A DNA stretch of 64,000 nt, taken from assembly GCA_963825075.1 (NCBI GenBank), contig CAWGRX010000009.1, positions 152,188-216,187 on the forward strand, read 5' to 3'. Numbering within the stretch: the first letter of the stretch is position 1; each line of letters opens with the position of its first letter. Origin of the DNA: an uncultured Planctomycetaceae bacterium. GTDB lineage: Bacteria; Planctomycetota; Planctomycetia; Planctomycetales; Planctomycetaceae. Of the stretch, positions 51,914 through 64,000 are shown in pieces. The notes below the pieces were generated by a model, which was given only the letters and a program-made list of their open reading frames with translations, did no database searches and was not told where the DNA came from. The position numbers and the translations under genes were made by a program.

Positions 51914-52291
51914 ATGGCGAAAGCAAGACAGCACATCACCGATGCGGAGTTGGAAGTCCTCAAGCTGCTCTGGGACGCGCCCGATATCACGATCCGCGAA
52001 CTCACCGTTTCGCTCTACGGGGAGCCGACCAATTCGCACATCGGCACTGTGCAAAAGCTGATTGCGCGGCTGGAAGAAAAAGACCTGATCCGCCGAGACC
52101 GCAGCACGTTTGCGCATACGTTTTCGGCCGCGGTTTCCCAGGCCGAGGTAGCGGGAATGCAGTTGGAGGAACTGGCCCGCAAGGTCACCGGCGGTTCGCT
52201 GTTGCCTTTCATCAGCCATCTCGTGCAAAGACGCCGGCTGAGCAAAAAAGAGAAAGCGGAAATCCGCAAACTTCTAGGCGAGGGGGATTGA
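51914..52291 (+). CDS. blaI: BlaI/MecI/CopY family transcriptional repressor
   Basis: Winged-helix N-terminus ITDAELEVLKLLWD...TIRELT. 125 aa. Confidence 0.85.
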   Translation: MAKARQHITDAELEVLKLLWDAPDITIRELTVSLYGEPTNSHIGTVQKLIARLEEKDLIRRDRSTFAHTFSAAVSQAEVAGMQLEELARKVTGGSLLPFISHLVQRRRLSKKEKAEIRKLLGEGD

Positions 52292-52294
52292 CCG

Positions 52295-53459
52295 ATGACA
52301 AATGCGATCCTCTCGTGGACGGTTTCCAACATCGCGCTGTCCGGTCTGTTGGCCGTGTTGGCTTTTGCGGTCAGCCGGCTTTGGCGAAATCCGCACGTGG
52401 CCCATGCGCTGTGGTTATTGGTGCTGATCAAACTCATCACCCCGCCGGTCGTTTCGATCGAAAACCCGTGGCCCAAAGCGATCAACAACAACCCCGCCGC
52501 GATTCCCAAAACCGCCGCCGTGGAGTCGTCGCCAGTTTCGGACTTGGAAACGAAAAGGACCGCACAGGAGATAAAGCGAGAGCCGCCGTCGTCTTCCCGT
52601 GAAACTGTGGTCGCAGTTCCGCGGGGTGCGGACGCCTTGGTTCCGGCGAATCATCCGGAACCCAGGCCGAAGACCCAACCGAAGAAAACACCCGCTTCAA
52701 CTCCGGCGGATTACTCCGGCTGGATCATCGCGGTTTGGGGGCTGGGGGCGATCGCTTTCAGCGGGTTGGTGTGGGTTCGTTGTCTTCGGTTTCAGAAGCT
52801 CTTGAAATCCGCGTGTCCGGCGGATGACCCCATCGCGTCGGAAACGCTTCGCCTATCTGAATTGATGGGATTAAGCCGTTCTCCCGAAGTTTCTTTTGTG
52901 GAGGCGGCGATTCCGCCTTTGGTTTGGGGCGTCTGCCGGCGGCCGCGGATTTTGTTGCCGCGGAAACTTTTTCAAGATTTAACTCTCGAACAACAGCAAA
53001 CGGTGCTCGCGCACGAACTCGCGCCATATCCGCCGTGGCGATCATCGGCTCAGGTGGATTGAAGTCGCGGTGCGGCTGTTGTTTTGGTGGTATCCGCTCA
53101 CGTGGTGGGCCGGTCGGGAGATGCGGCGGGCCGAGGAGGAATGCTGTGACGCCTGGGTAATCTGGACGCTGCCCGCAAGCCGGCAAGCCTACGGCCAGGC
53201 TCTTTGTCACACGATTGAATTTCTGTCCGATGCCGAGTTCCCGGTTCCGAGGGCGGTCGGCACCACGATGGGAACCCATTTTCTCAAACGGAGGATTCAG
53301 ATGATCGTCAAACAAAACACCCCGCACCGCATGTCCCGGCGAAGCCGACTGGCCGTGCTCCTCCTGGCCGTGATTACTTTGCCCCTGGCGGCACAAACGA
53401 GAGAACCCGAAGCCTCAAAACCTCGAAACCGGTCGCAAAGAGAGGAACAATCGAACTAA
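52295..53459 (+). CDS. BlaR1-like M56 family membrane metalloprotease/sensor, frameshifted near 53025
   Basis: TM N-terminus. The HEXXH context AHELA is out of frame with the downstream conserved segment (ORF 53070..53459). Deleting one C at 53024-25 restores AHELAHIRRGDH...RLLFWWYPL. Confidence 0.8.
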
Positions 53460-53599
53460 GCCTCCGAGGGCAACGCGGAACCATCCCCAGCCGCACGGAC
53501 TTTGGGGGAGATAGCGAGGTCGCTGAGCCAAAGACTCACGAAATATACATCGCTTTCAATAGCCGAAATTCTCTTCTTGATCTTGATACGGGAAAAACC

Positions 53600-54079
53600 T
53601 TGGTCCCATTGCTACGTGGTGGTCCATCGCAGGTTCCGGAGTTCGACGTTTATGCCAGGTTTGGACTGGATAACGCCGTGGAGCTTTTCGGTCAGCTTCG
53701 GAAACTCGGGCAAGTCGAAGCACAGACATGGGAGGAGGCGACTGAAAAGGAGCATTCGGGACCAGGTGCGAAAACTTCCCGTCTCGAAAGCCATCCGCGC
53801 AACAACGGATCGCGGAGCCAAGAAGATAAAACTCCAAAAACGTGGATCGTGGAAACGAAACATGGCGGCGTCATGATCTTCCAAGCAGAATACCGTGACG
53901 AGATCAAAACGGAAACCAGCGGCATTCAAAAAGGCTTTCTCGTTCGCTACCGGCAGGTGCGCAAGAGCGAAGAAGGCCAAGCCGAACCGGCGGCTCCGCA
54001 GACAAACACCGAACCAGCCAAACCGGCTGCCGGGACGCAAAAAGAATCCGCGGGTCAGGAGCCAACACCGAAAAGCTGA
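53600..54079 (+). CDS. hypothetical ORF (may belong to the fragmented downstream gene)
   Basis: 159-aa ORF, partly low complexity. Overlaps ORF 53895..54389 in another frame. Confidence 0.3.
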   Translation: MVPLLRGGPSQVPEFDVYARFGLDNAVELFGQLRKLGQVEAQTWEEATEKEHSGPGAKTSRLESHPRNNGSRSQEDKTPKTWIVETKHGGVMIFQAEYRDEIKTETSGIQKGFLVRYRQVRKSEEGQAEPAAPQTNTEPAKPAAGTQKESAGQEPTPKS

Positions 54080-54882
54080 CGAAGAAGTGGTGGAGACACA
54101 GTTGTCTGCCCTTGCAACAATTTTGGGATTTTGGCGCAACATCCCGGAGTCGTGCAGAGGGTGTCCGTTAGCTGAGGGGGATCACGTCAAGAAAGGGGAA
54201 GTTCTCCTGCAGCTCAAAAACACGGAAATGGAGAACCAGGTCAAGGAAGCGGAGGCGGAGTTGGCCGTCGAGAAGGAAGTGTACAAGACAGCCGAGGCCG
54301 ACGTTGCGTTGGCGGAGGCGGAGTTCAAAGGTACCTCCAAGCAGATTCGAGCGGATTTCGGAACTTTACAAAAGGAAGGCGGTGGATAGTAAGCTAATGG
54401 ATGGGTCGCAGACCGCCATGGAAAAAGCCAAGGCGAACCTGGCGAAAGCCAAATTGGACGTGTTGGCTGCAAAGGCTCAGGTGGCCCTTCAAGAAACCCG
54501 CGTAAAGTCGGCCCGCGAACTTTTTGAGGAACTCACCATCAAATCCCCCACGGATGGAACGGTGTTGGACCTTCTGGCCAACCCGGGCGATTTGATCGAA
54601 GCAGGCGACTTTAACTTGCCGCGTTGTGAGGCTCGATGTCCTCACGGCGGAGGCTTTGCGAGCAATCCGCGCGGACTTCTTGGGCGTAATGTCAAAATCA
54701 TGACCTATTTTGGAAACAAACGCTCTCAGACGGTTTCGGCGAAAGTATCGTTTGTGTCCCCTATAGCCGATCCGGTGACGGGGAAGTTCCGCTTCCGCTG
54801 TGATTTCTCAAACCTTGATGCCGACGGGAAACCGATCGCGTATCCGGACCAAAAGGCAAAGATTGTTATTCCTTCCAAATAA
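54080..54882 (+). CDS. HlyD/membrane-fusion-like protein, fragmented by at least 2 frameshifts (about 54170 and 54345)
   Basis: EGDHVKKGEVLLQLKN lipoyl-like motif. Coiled-coil segments. C-terminal beta-barrel-like region spread over three frames. Confidence 0.45.
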
Positions 54883-54885
54883 CCA

Positions 54886-57637
54886 TCACGGCAGCCCGTT
54901 GAGTTTTCTCACGACCCATTCCACCGTGAGCAAGCCGAAGAACAACAGCAAGATCGGCCAGTTGTCCCAGAGTTCGATTTCCTCGCGGTTCTTCGTGCGA
55001 AACTCCGGCGGGACGAGGCGGTCGGGGAGGCTTTGAGGGTGTCGGGGAAATAGAGATAGCCGTCGCTGACGTCGGCGAGTTGTTGGAGCAGCTTGCGGTT
55101 CGCCGACAGGTCGCTGAGTTCCAGCGTGGGTTTTTCGTTGACGTAAAACGTGGTCGCGATTTCATCTTCGCCGAGGCCGGCGGTTGCGGTGAGCTTCACG
55201 CGGTATTCGCCCGGCGGGAGCGAGATGGCCCGGGCTTCGTAAAGCAGCGAGCCGGTGCGGGTGGGTTCCAGTTCGATCGTCGTAAACGGCCGATCTTCAA
55301 ATTCCACGTTGCCGTTCTCGTCGATGCGTTTGCGGTAGATGACGGCTTTGGCTTCGAGATTGGGATTTTGATCCAAAAACTTTTGCGTCCAGCGGGCTTG
55401 GATGACGGCATCGTCGCCGTGCTCGATTTCGGTCTTTTGAAGTCCGAAGCGGACGACTTCGTTTCCGGCGCTGGCTTTGTTGCGGGTCGCCCAGCGGCCG
55501 AGTTGGCCCCAGAAGCGGTGATGGTATTTGTCGCCCACGCGGTGCCGCCATCGCCAGGTGCTGTCGATGCCGATCCACAGCACCTGCCCCGTGCCCAGGT
55601 ATTGATGGACGAACACCGCGTTTTTCCGCTCATCCTCCAAGGTGAGGTTCGGCCGAAGCCCATCTCGGCGGCCACCAGCACGCTGGCGTTGGGTTTGACC
55701 TCGCCGAAGAGTCCCCAGGTGTGGCCGGGTAGGTTTTGCCAGATGCGGGCGTTCTCGGCCCGGCTGGTCGTGTCGAATTGGAACATGGCTTCGCGTTCGC
55801 CGTCGGGCGTGAGTTGCAAATGAAAGCCCCGCTCGAGCGGATCGCCGACGGATCGCACATCATCGATGTTGATGGCCCGCAATTTGGTGACGGGCAGCAG
55901 GCGTTCGAGCGTCGGGGATTGATGGAACAGCGGAAAATCGTTTTTGCCCGCCATTAACACCAGCGTCCCGCCGGACTCCGCAACGAACCGCTCCAACAGG
56001 AGCCAGGCTTTTTCCGGCATGTCCGCCGCGGCGACATCGCCGATGATGATCAGATCCGGATCGGCGAACGGCGAATGGGCCAGGTCGTCCGCGTCGCCTG
56101 GGAGCTTCAATTCTCGCGGAAACCAGGTGTCCTCCAGGATGCCGATGTAGGGCTGATGAAATACGACCTCTTTCACATTTTCGCGGCCGATGCCTTCATC
56201 GCGGTAAAAGGCATTCGTGAGATAGCGGAACTCCCAGCGGGCTTCGCCTTCCGCGATCAATACATGCACTTTGTCATCCACGATCGTCAAAGCGAATCGG
56301 CGGGAGTTGTTGTCCCGGCGGGTTTCGCCTTCCTCCGGCTGGATGCTCAGCGTGTATTCGTGCCGGCCGATTTCTTCCTCTTCCAACTCGAAGGTGACGA
56401 CCGTTTCAGTTTGCGCGGGGGTGATTTTGCGGGTGATCGGTTCGCCCTGGGTGGGTTTCAAAATCACGGTGATTTCCTTGCCCGCAAAGCCCGAGGTATT
56501 GAGCACCGCGGTGAGGATGCGGGTGTCTTTTTTGAAGGACAACTGCGGGAAATCCAAATGGGCGATCGCCAAATCTTTGGGCCGTTGTTCCGAGCCGAGC
56601 AAGATCGGAAACACCGGAGCCTTGGCGTTCCCCAACCGGGCGGCGAGCCGGGTCGCATCCCGCCCCGCGTTGTCGCGGCCATCGGTCAACAGGACCACGC
56701 CCATCAAGGGGGCCGTGCTTTCATTCCCGGCGGTTGGCGATAAGCCTTGGGTCAAATCCGAGACCTGCGGCAGGATGCTCGCGGGTGGGTGGTCCAGATA
56801 TTTGGAGAGCGACCTTGCATCGGCCGATTCCGACTTGCCGCCGAAGACCAGCATTTCCAGCGTGCCGAGGTTTTCCAATTTGGGCAGCAGCGGATTCGAG
56901 GTTTCGGTGAGCAGCCGTTTGGCGATTTCCTTGCGGGGGATTTTGTCGAGCCGCGCGAAAATCTCGTTCAATTGATCTTTGCGGGATTGGGCCAACACCC
57001 GCCTGCGATCAGGGTCCTGCGATTCGTCTGCACTCACCCACTCTGGCTCTTCGCCTCGATCGAACGCCTGTTGCCATTCGTCGAGCCGATCTTTGTTGGC
57101 GCTGTTGCCGATGAGTCCCAGCGTTCTGGCCCAGCGCAGTTTTTCGCCCGGCGTGGCGTGGGCATCCGTGGTGCCCATGCTTTCGGAAAGATCGACCGCC
57201 ACCAAAATCCGCCCGGAGTGTTTTTTATCGAGTTCCCAAGTCAGCGCGGGTTTTAACAGCGTCAGAAAAAACACGCCGAACACCAACAGCCTGAATGCCA
57301 GCAGCGTATTCCCCACCGCTTTGGGAACGAGCTTCCGCTCGTATTGCAGGAGCATCACGATCAGCACACCGGCGGCCGCGGTCATCAGGATCGAAACCCA
57401 AATCCAGCCGGTGAGGTGCATCTGCAACAGTTGCCAGCCAAACCCCAACAGCAACAGCACTGCGAGGGTTTCGGCGATGATTCCGGCTTTTCCCACGGCG
57501 GCAGGTTTTGGCTGTTTTCCAAACCGGGCCATGCCCCGGAAGGCGAGAATCAAAACCGCAAGCCCGGCCCCGGCCAGATACAACAGCAGCCAGCCGGAGG
57601 CGTCGCCTTCCTGAAAAATGAATTTGCGCTCGAACAT
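54886..57637 (-). CDS. BatA-like VWA-domain membrane protein with GATase1-like C-terminal region, interrupted by 2 frameshifts (about 55640 and 55010)
   Basis: N-terminal TM helices. MIDAS motif ILVAVDLSESMG. The C-terminal TM LLLFFGLLTVEWVVRKL is recovered in a third frame. Confidence 0.7.
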
Positions 57638-57921
57638 GGGAAGATAGGGGCCAAGGCCACAACGTGGCGGAGTTTCAACTTCTACCCTCTGCGAGATTCT
57701 ATTATAAGAACTCCCGCGAGTTTTCCGCAGTGTTCCCTTGCCGATTCAGGCCGAAATCCCGCTTTGTTCCAAAACCGGCATGGGCTGCGTGCAAGCGGCG
57801 GATGGTTTCTGTTAGAGTAGTTTGCAAGACCCAATCAACCGGCACGCGCTAGCGTCCGATTCTCCCAACACCATTGAACTGAATCCACTTTCCTTGTTTT
57901 CTCGAAAAAAGGTTATGTCCC

Positions 57922-59292
<1,371 letters not shown>

Positions 59293-59410
59293 TTGGTTAA
59301 TAGGCCACAAAGGTCGCAGAGGCCACAAAGGAGCAAAGGGAAGGCAGAACGAGCGCGGAGAACCCAACAGGTATTTTGGGTCTCCGCTCTCATTGATATT
59401 GCGGTGCGTG

Positions 59411-60703
59411 TCAGATCTCGCTCAACGGTTCCGTGGCGTCACCGAATTTGTCGAGCCGGACTCCCATCTTGTGCATCATGCTCAAATACAGCCGGCACAT
59501 TTGGCGGTCGGATTGCCCGCGATAGTTTAAGTTCTGGCCGCCTTGGATTTGGCCGCCCGCGCCGCCGAGCATCACGACCGGCAGTTGGGTGGCATCGTGG
59601 TGGCCATTGAGCATGCTAGAACACAGGAGGATCATGGAATTGTCCAAAGCCGATCGCTCGCCTTCTTGGATCCTATCCAGCCGGCGGGCGATGTAGGCCA
59701 TTTGTTCCAGGAAGAACTGGTTGACTTTGAGCCAATCGTCGGTGTCGCTGTGCGAGAGCAGATGGTGGATCATGTAGTCCACGCCCAGATGCGGAAACCT
59801 AAGCGTGCCATGATCGTTGTTGAGCTTGAGGGTAGAGACGCGGGTTGTGTCGGTCTGGAATGCGAGCACCAAAATGTCTGACATCAGCCGCATGTGTTCG
59901 ACGATGTCCTGCGGATAGCCATCGTTGGGGCGAGGCATGTTGGGTTTTTCCAAGGTGGGCCGCCAACCTTGGAGTTCTCCCCGCCGACCCGCCTGTTCGA
60001 TCCGTTGCTCAACTTCCCGGACCGAATTGAGATACTCTTCCAGTCTTTGGCGGTCGCTCAGGCTCACCCGCCGACTCACGTCTTTGGCATCGGCCAGGAC
60101 CGCATCGAGGATGCTCTTGTCCGCGCGATTGCCTGAGTCCTTGAATAACTGGTCGAAGGCCAAAGCCGGGTAAACTTCCAAGGGGGCAGGCGACGTGGGG
60201 CTGCTCCAGGAAATGTGGGAGCTGTAGAGCATGGAATAGTTTTTGTGCACGGACGGATTGGCCTTTTCGCATCCCAACACCAGGCTGGGGAGCTTGGTGC
60301 GATGGCCGATTCGCTGGGCGATTACCTGATCGACGCTGGTGCCGCTCCGAATCGTGCCGCCCGCGGAGAGCGGAGCACCGGACAGAAGATTACCCGTCTG
60401 GGAGCTGTGGATGTTCCCTTTGAGAGCTTCCGCGTTATAAAGCCCGCGGATGAAGACCATTCGATCGCGAAAGACTTTGAGCGGATGGAGGACTTTTCCC
60501 AGTTCCATCGACCGGCCGCTGCCTTTGGCCCACCATTCGTGCTGGTGAAACCCGCAGCCGGCGAACAGGATCGCCAACCGCACGGGAGCCGCGTCTGGAG
60601 TTTTTGTCCGCTCGCCGGCAAAGGACAACGATTCCATCCAAGGCAAAGCCATGCTGACGCCCAGTCCGCGAAGAAACGTCCGCCGCGCGAGTTTGTTGTC
60701 CAT
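59411..60703 (-). CDS. DUF1501 domain protein, TAT signal (intact)
   Basis: RRTFLRGLGVSMALPW. Motifs WDSHD-like and GGHDATQ. 430 aa uninterrupted. Confidence 0.9.
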   Translation of the reverse strand: MDNKLARRTFLRGLGVSMALPWMESLSFAGERTKTPDAAPVRLAILFAGCGFHQHEWWAKGSGRSMELGKVLHPLKVFRDRMVFIRGLYNAEALKGNIHSSQTGNLLSGAPLSAGGTIRSGTSVDQVIAQRIGHRTKLPSLVLGCEKANPSVHKNYSMLYSSHISWSSPTSPAPLEVYPALAFDQLFKDSGNRADKSILDAVLADAKDVSRRVSLSDRQRLEEYLNSVREVEQRIEQAGRRGELQGWRPTLEKPNMPRPNDGYPQDIVEHMRLMSDILVLAFQTDTTRVSTLKLNNDHGTLRFPHLGVDYMIHHLLSHSDTDDWLKVNQFFLEQMAYIARRLDRIQEGERSALDNSMILLCSSMLNGHHDATQLPVVMLGGAGGQIQGGQNLNYRGQSDRQMCRLYLSMMHKMGVRLDKFGDATEPLSEI

Positions 60704-60716
60704 GATTTCTCCTCAT

Positions 60717-63700
60717 TTATTCGGTTGGCATATCGCGTCCGCGGATCCGCTGGAACTGCGGGCTGGTTACAATCGTTTCTACGGCAGCATGGAATTGATA
60801 ATCATTGGCTTCGAGTTTGGACTTCATTTCCTTTAAGAGCGGTTCATCCGAAAGCTCGAGTTCCCGGCCTAACGCGAAGCCGAGTAGCTTTCGGCAAAAC
60901 TGCTCGACGACATCATCCTTCCGATCCACCGACAAATAACTGCGGAGGCCGTCCAGTCCTTCAATCATCTTTCCGTGGGGAAGTTTGGTGCGGGCATCGA
61001 CTTTTTTCGGACGAGTTCGGCCGATGGCGTCGAATTGTTCCAAGGAAAATCCGTAGGGATCGATCCGCGAATGGCATTTGGCGCACGCGGGTTGGGAACT
61101 ATGATGTTCGATCAACTGCCGAGCCGTCAAACCCGGCGGAACTTGTTCGGGCAAAACCGGCACGTTGGCGGGAGGCCGGGGCAATCGCTCGCCCAGCAGC
61201 GTTTCATAGATCCAGTTGCCTCGCAGGATCGGGCTGGTCCTTGAAGCCCCGGACTGGCTGGCCAAAAAGCTCGCCATGCCCAACACGCCGCCCCGGCCCT
61301 GGGCCTTTATGCCGTTCACTCGCCGCCACTTCGACCCGCGAACGCCGGGGACGCCGTAATGTTTGGCGAGCCGCTCGTTGAGAAAGGCATAGTCGGCCGT
61401 CAACAGGTCCAAGATCGAACCGTTCTCCTGGAACATCTCCTCGAAAAATCGGATCGTTTCTTCGGACATATCCCGCTTGACCTGAGCAAACTCCGGATAA
61501 AGCGCTTCGTTCTTTTCCGTGGTCTTGTCGAAGTCCCGCAGGTGCAGCCATTGGCAGGCGAACTGGACGGCTAACCGCCGGGTTCGCGTATGCTTTAACA
61601 TTCGCCGCGTTTCTTCGCGAAGATTTTTTTCCTCGTGGAGAACGTCTTTTTGAGCGAGCCTGCGCAGCGTTTCATCCGGGAGCGACGACCACAGGAAATA
61701 GCTCAGCCGCGTGGCCAATTCGAGATCCGAAACGGGAAGAGGTTCTTTTCCTGCCGGTTGCGTTTCCAACTTATAGAGGAAGGCCGGCGATGTGAGCACG
61801 CGGGCCAGCATTAATCGAATCGCCTCTTCGTGAGACGTTCGATTCTCGCGCAGCGACCGATAAAAACCTTGCAGACTTTCCTTTTCCAAGTTTGTCAGCG
61901 GCCGTCTCCAGGCGCGATCCGCCAGAGTGAGTACGCCGGCAACGTGAGCGGGTTCCGAAGCGATCCTTCGCCGCCGAAACGCCTCGGCTCGTTCCTCGAT
62001 CGGCTGCTGCATGGGAGCGAAGGCTTTGACCAAATCGGGGCGGTCCTGCGTGGCGAATTCCGAAATCTGTTCGAATGCCACGACCAGCTTCAAAGGCTCC
62101 TGGCTGACAAAGAACAACTCGTCCCAGAGCCGATCGAGCCGGGCGGCTTGCTCATCGCTGAGCATCAACCGCTTCAGTTGGTCGTCCTCGCGATAAAATA
62201 ACGTCAGCGTGACCACTTCATCCACGGGGACGATTCGCGCGTAGCACAAGGCCGGCGGAAACAGGTCCCGGAATTCGCGCATCGCCTTTTCCACCCGCCG
62301 GCGGACCAATTCGCTTTTGCCAATCAAAATCGGCGCGGCGAGCGGCAATTCCTTACCCTTTGGTTTGCTCGTTTGGGCTTGAATTTGCACGCTGCCCGAT
62401 TGTCCTGTTTTCTCATCCAGCCGGGCCGAGGTCACAAACACGCCATCTTTTGCAAGATCCGCCGGCAATCGAATCGCAAGCACTTGCGGGGCCTTGATGC
62501 AGAGATCCGCTTCCGGCAGCGAAGAACCGTCCAGGCGCTTTCCGAACAATTTAGGATCGAGAGCATATTCCCAATCGCCGGCCATCCGGTCCGATTCAAT
62601 TCCCAGCCAATCGAGCGGGCCTTTCCAATCGCGAAGTTGCTGCCTGAGGTTTTGGTCCGCTTCGCTCAACGAGTTTTCGTGTTTCGTGAGCATGGCCGAC
62701 TGCACCCGGCTTGCATGTTGCCTTTGAATCTCCGAAGACACTTCATGAATCACCGCCGCCCGCCAGTTTGCAAGTGCCGAATTGGCGGGGATGGTTGAGC
62801 CCTTTTTCTTTTGGCTGGCCGGATTAAAAAAATGCCAAACGTCTTTATGGCCGAGGGAATCGGGCAGCGGATTGCCTGCGGAGATTTTGTCCACGATGTC
62901 TTTTGCGAGAACCCAAACGCGCTTCGCTCCGGCGGTCTCGCGAATCGTCCACGAGATGTGCGTGGTGTCGCAGACGTGATTGCCATCGCGGGCGTTCACG
63001 ACCAGAAACACCACATCTCCCGGTTGAACATCCACGGTATTCTTGATGTGGAACTCGCTGCGTCCCCCGTTGTCGATCGTGCCGCTTGCCAGCACGCTGG
63101 GGCCGGTTTCCGTCAACAATTCCAATCGCCAGGCGGCACCGTTCCCGCATTTGTTGTCGGCATCGGCGACGAAGCCTTCGATTTCGACGCGGGTTTCGAC
63201 GGGGCTTCTCCAGGCGACGGCGGCTTCCTGTTTGGGCCAAGGATGAACCGCGACGCCCCGCGCGGGAACCGTCAGCGTGAGAAAAGAGATCGGCTGGTCC
63301 GAGCGGTTCGTCAACAGGCTCGTGCCTTCGTTTCCGCCCCATCCGTTAATGGCGTCGAAGCCTTGGACTTTCGTCAATTTCTTCGCAAAGTGTCCTGCGA
63401 TAACCGGCTTTCCGGTCTTGCGGAATCCCGCCCATTTCATCCAGTTGGCCAGCAGGTCCGCATTGAGGTTCCGCGCTTTGGCGACCTCAGCGACCGTTTT
63501 TGAAAGATCGCGAAGGTCCGCGACCGCCGTGAGATAATCTTCCGTCCGCTTTAGTTCATCGGTTTGAAGCTGTGTCACTTTTCCAATCAACCGGCAAGCG
63601 TCGCGGAGCATGATCGGAGATTTCGCTGTGCCCGAGGAACCTGCGGGAAACTCGATTCGCGGCCGTTCCAAAACGACATCATCGCCCTCGCTGCCATCGC

Positions 63701-64000
63701 CCAGATCCCCCACGGCGAGGTAAACCGTTACGTCCGAATTCGCGGTCGTCGTTTGGAGCGGAACCCGCAGTTCGCGTTTTGCCGCCAACGGGGAAACAGG
63801 CTCCATCCAGGCTTTCGCTCCCCCCTCGCGGCCGATGTGACCGATGGAATTGAACTTCCAGAGTTGGTTCTGGAGGGCCGCGATTTCGGCTTCGAGCAGG
63901 CCGGCATCTTCGGGTTGGGCGGCTTGCCAATTTGATCTAAGCGATTGGAGATAAAACGAGGAACCCCGCGATTCCTCGGATAGCGCCTTCCAAAGGATGG
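60717..64000 (-). CDS. large PSD/PSCyt-family partner protein of DUF1501, 5'-partial (continues past window end)
   Basis: More than 1090 codons open to the window edge. C-terminal CAKCHSRIDPYGFSLEQFDAIG motif. 13-bp spacing to the downstream DUF1501 gene. Confidence 0.75.
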   Translation of the reverse strand, partial: ILWKALSEESRGSSFYLQSLRSNWQAAQPEDAGLLEAEIAALQNQLWKFNSIGHIGREGGAKAWMEPVSPLAAKRELRVPLQTTTANSDVTVYLAVGDLGDGSEGDDVVLERPRIEFPAGSSGTAKSPIMLRDACRLIGKVTQLQTDELKRTEDYLTAVADLRDLSKTVAEVAKARNLNADLLANWMKWAGFRKTGKPVIAGHFAKKLTKVQGFDAINGWGGNEGTSLLTNRSDQPISFLTLTVPARGVAVHPWPKQEAAVAWRSPVETRVEIEGFVADADNKCGNGAAWRLELLTETGPSVLASGTIDNGGRSEFHIKNTVDVQPGDVVFLVVNARDGNHVCDTTHISWTIRETAGAKRVWVLAKDIVDKISAGNPLPDSLGHKDVWHFFNPASQKKKGSTIPANSALANWRAAVIHEVSSEIQRQHASRVQSAMLTKHENSLSEADQNLRQQLRDWKGPLDWLGIESDRMAGDWEYALDPKLFGKRLDGSSLPEADLCIKAPQVLAIRLPADLAKDGVFVTSARLDEKTGQSGSVQIQAQTSKPKGKELPLAAPILIGKSELVRRRVEKAMREFRDLFPPALCYARIVPVDEVVTLTLFYREDDQLKRLMLSDEQAARLDRLWDELFFVSQEPLKLVVAFEQISEFATQDRPDLVKAFAPMQQPIEERAEAFRRRRIASEPAHVAGVLTLADRAWRRPLTNLEKESLQGFYRSLRENRTSHEEAIRLMLARVLTSPAFLYKLETQPAGKEPLPVSDLELATRLSYFLWSSLPDETLRRLAQKDVLHEEKNLREETRRMLKHTRTRRLAVQFACQWLHLRDFDKTTEKNEALYPEFAQVKRDMSEETIRFFEEMFQENGSILDLLTADYAFLNERLAKHYGVPGVRGSKWRRVNGIKAQGRGGVLGMASFLASQSGASRTSPILRGNWIYETLLGERLPRPPANVPVLPEQVPPGLTARQLIEHHSSQPACAKCHSRIDPYGFSLEQFDAIGRTRPKKVDARTKLPHGKMIEGLDGLRSYLSVDRKDDVVEQFCRKLLGFALGRELELSDEPLLKEMKSKLEANDYQFHAAVETIVTSPQFQRIRGRDMPTE

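Noticed and set aside
53502-53876. 124-aa ORF between BlaR1-like gene and the HlyD-like region
   Set aside because: Basic low-complexity translation (RRRLKRSIRDQVRK) overlapping a more plausible frame. Likely non-coding or part of the frameshifted downstream gene.

Overview
High-GC (roughly 60% by eye) chromosomal segment with the paralog-family signature of a Planctomycetota genome. It carries three DUF1501 genes, each paired with a PSCyt/DUF1549/DUF1553-type giant protein. It also carries a DUF1559 prepilin-like gene with its companion lipoprotein, a PSCyt1-WD40 protein, a DUF11 repeat protein, a DUF4129 gene and a BatA-like VWA protein. Other genes are two TAT-exported Gfo/Idh/MocA oxidoreductases and the housekeeping genes ftsH, hpt, a KAS-II/ACP pair, a quinol-dependent NO reductase followed by an SPFH protein, an RND efflux pair (adaptor plus permease) and a BlaI/BlaR1-like operon. 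Two tRNA or tRNA-like genes lie in tandem on the minus strand: tRNA-Cys(GCA) and an aberrant tRNA-like sequence. I found no transposases, integrases, phage genes, CRISPR arrays or rRNA. Most long minus-strand ORFs in the six-frame track that overlap these genes are GC-driven antisense artefacts. At least ten genes are broken by single-base frameshifts or an in-frame stop. Several of these sit in short homopolymers, so indel-type sequence errors are the likeliest cause, although real pseudogenes cannot be excluded. Candidate points of interest are the following. A Spo0M-like gene sits next to an orphan CpaF-type ATPase, beside a BlaI/BlaR1-like unit that has a clear palindromic operator. A PSCyt1-WD40 protein carries a roughly 440-aa Ala/Lys coiled-coil tail. 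A tandem-PPC-domain secreted protein lies between a DUF1501 gene and its PSD1-type partner. A REP-like palindromic repeat occurs twice. A tRNA-like pseudogene sits next to tRNA-Cys. A roughly 1.1-kb lower-GC non-coding tract lies upstream of the DUF1559 gene.
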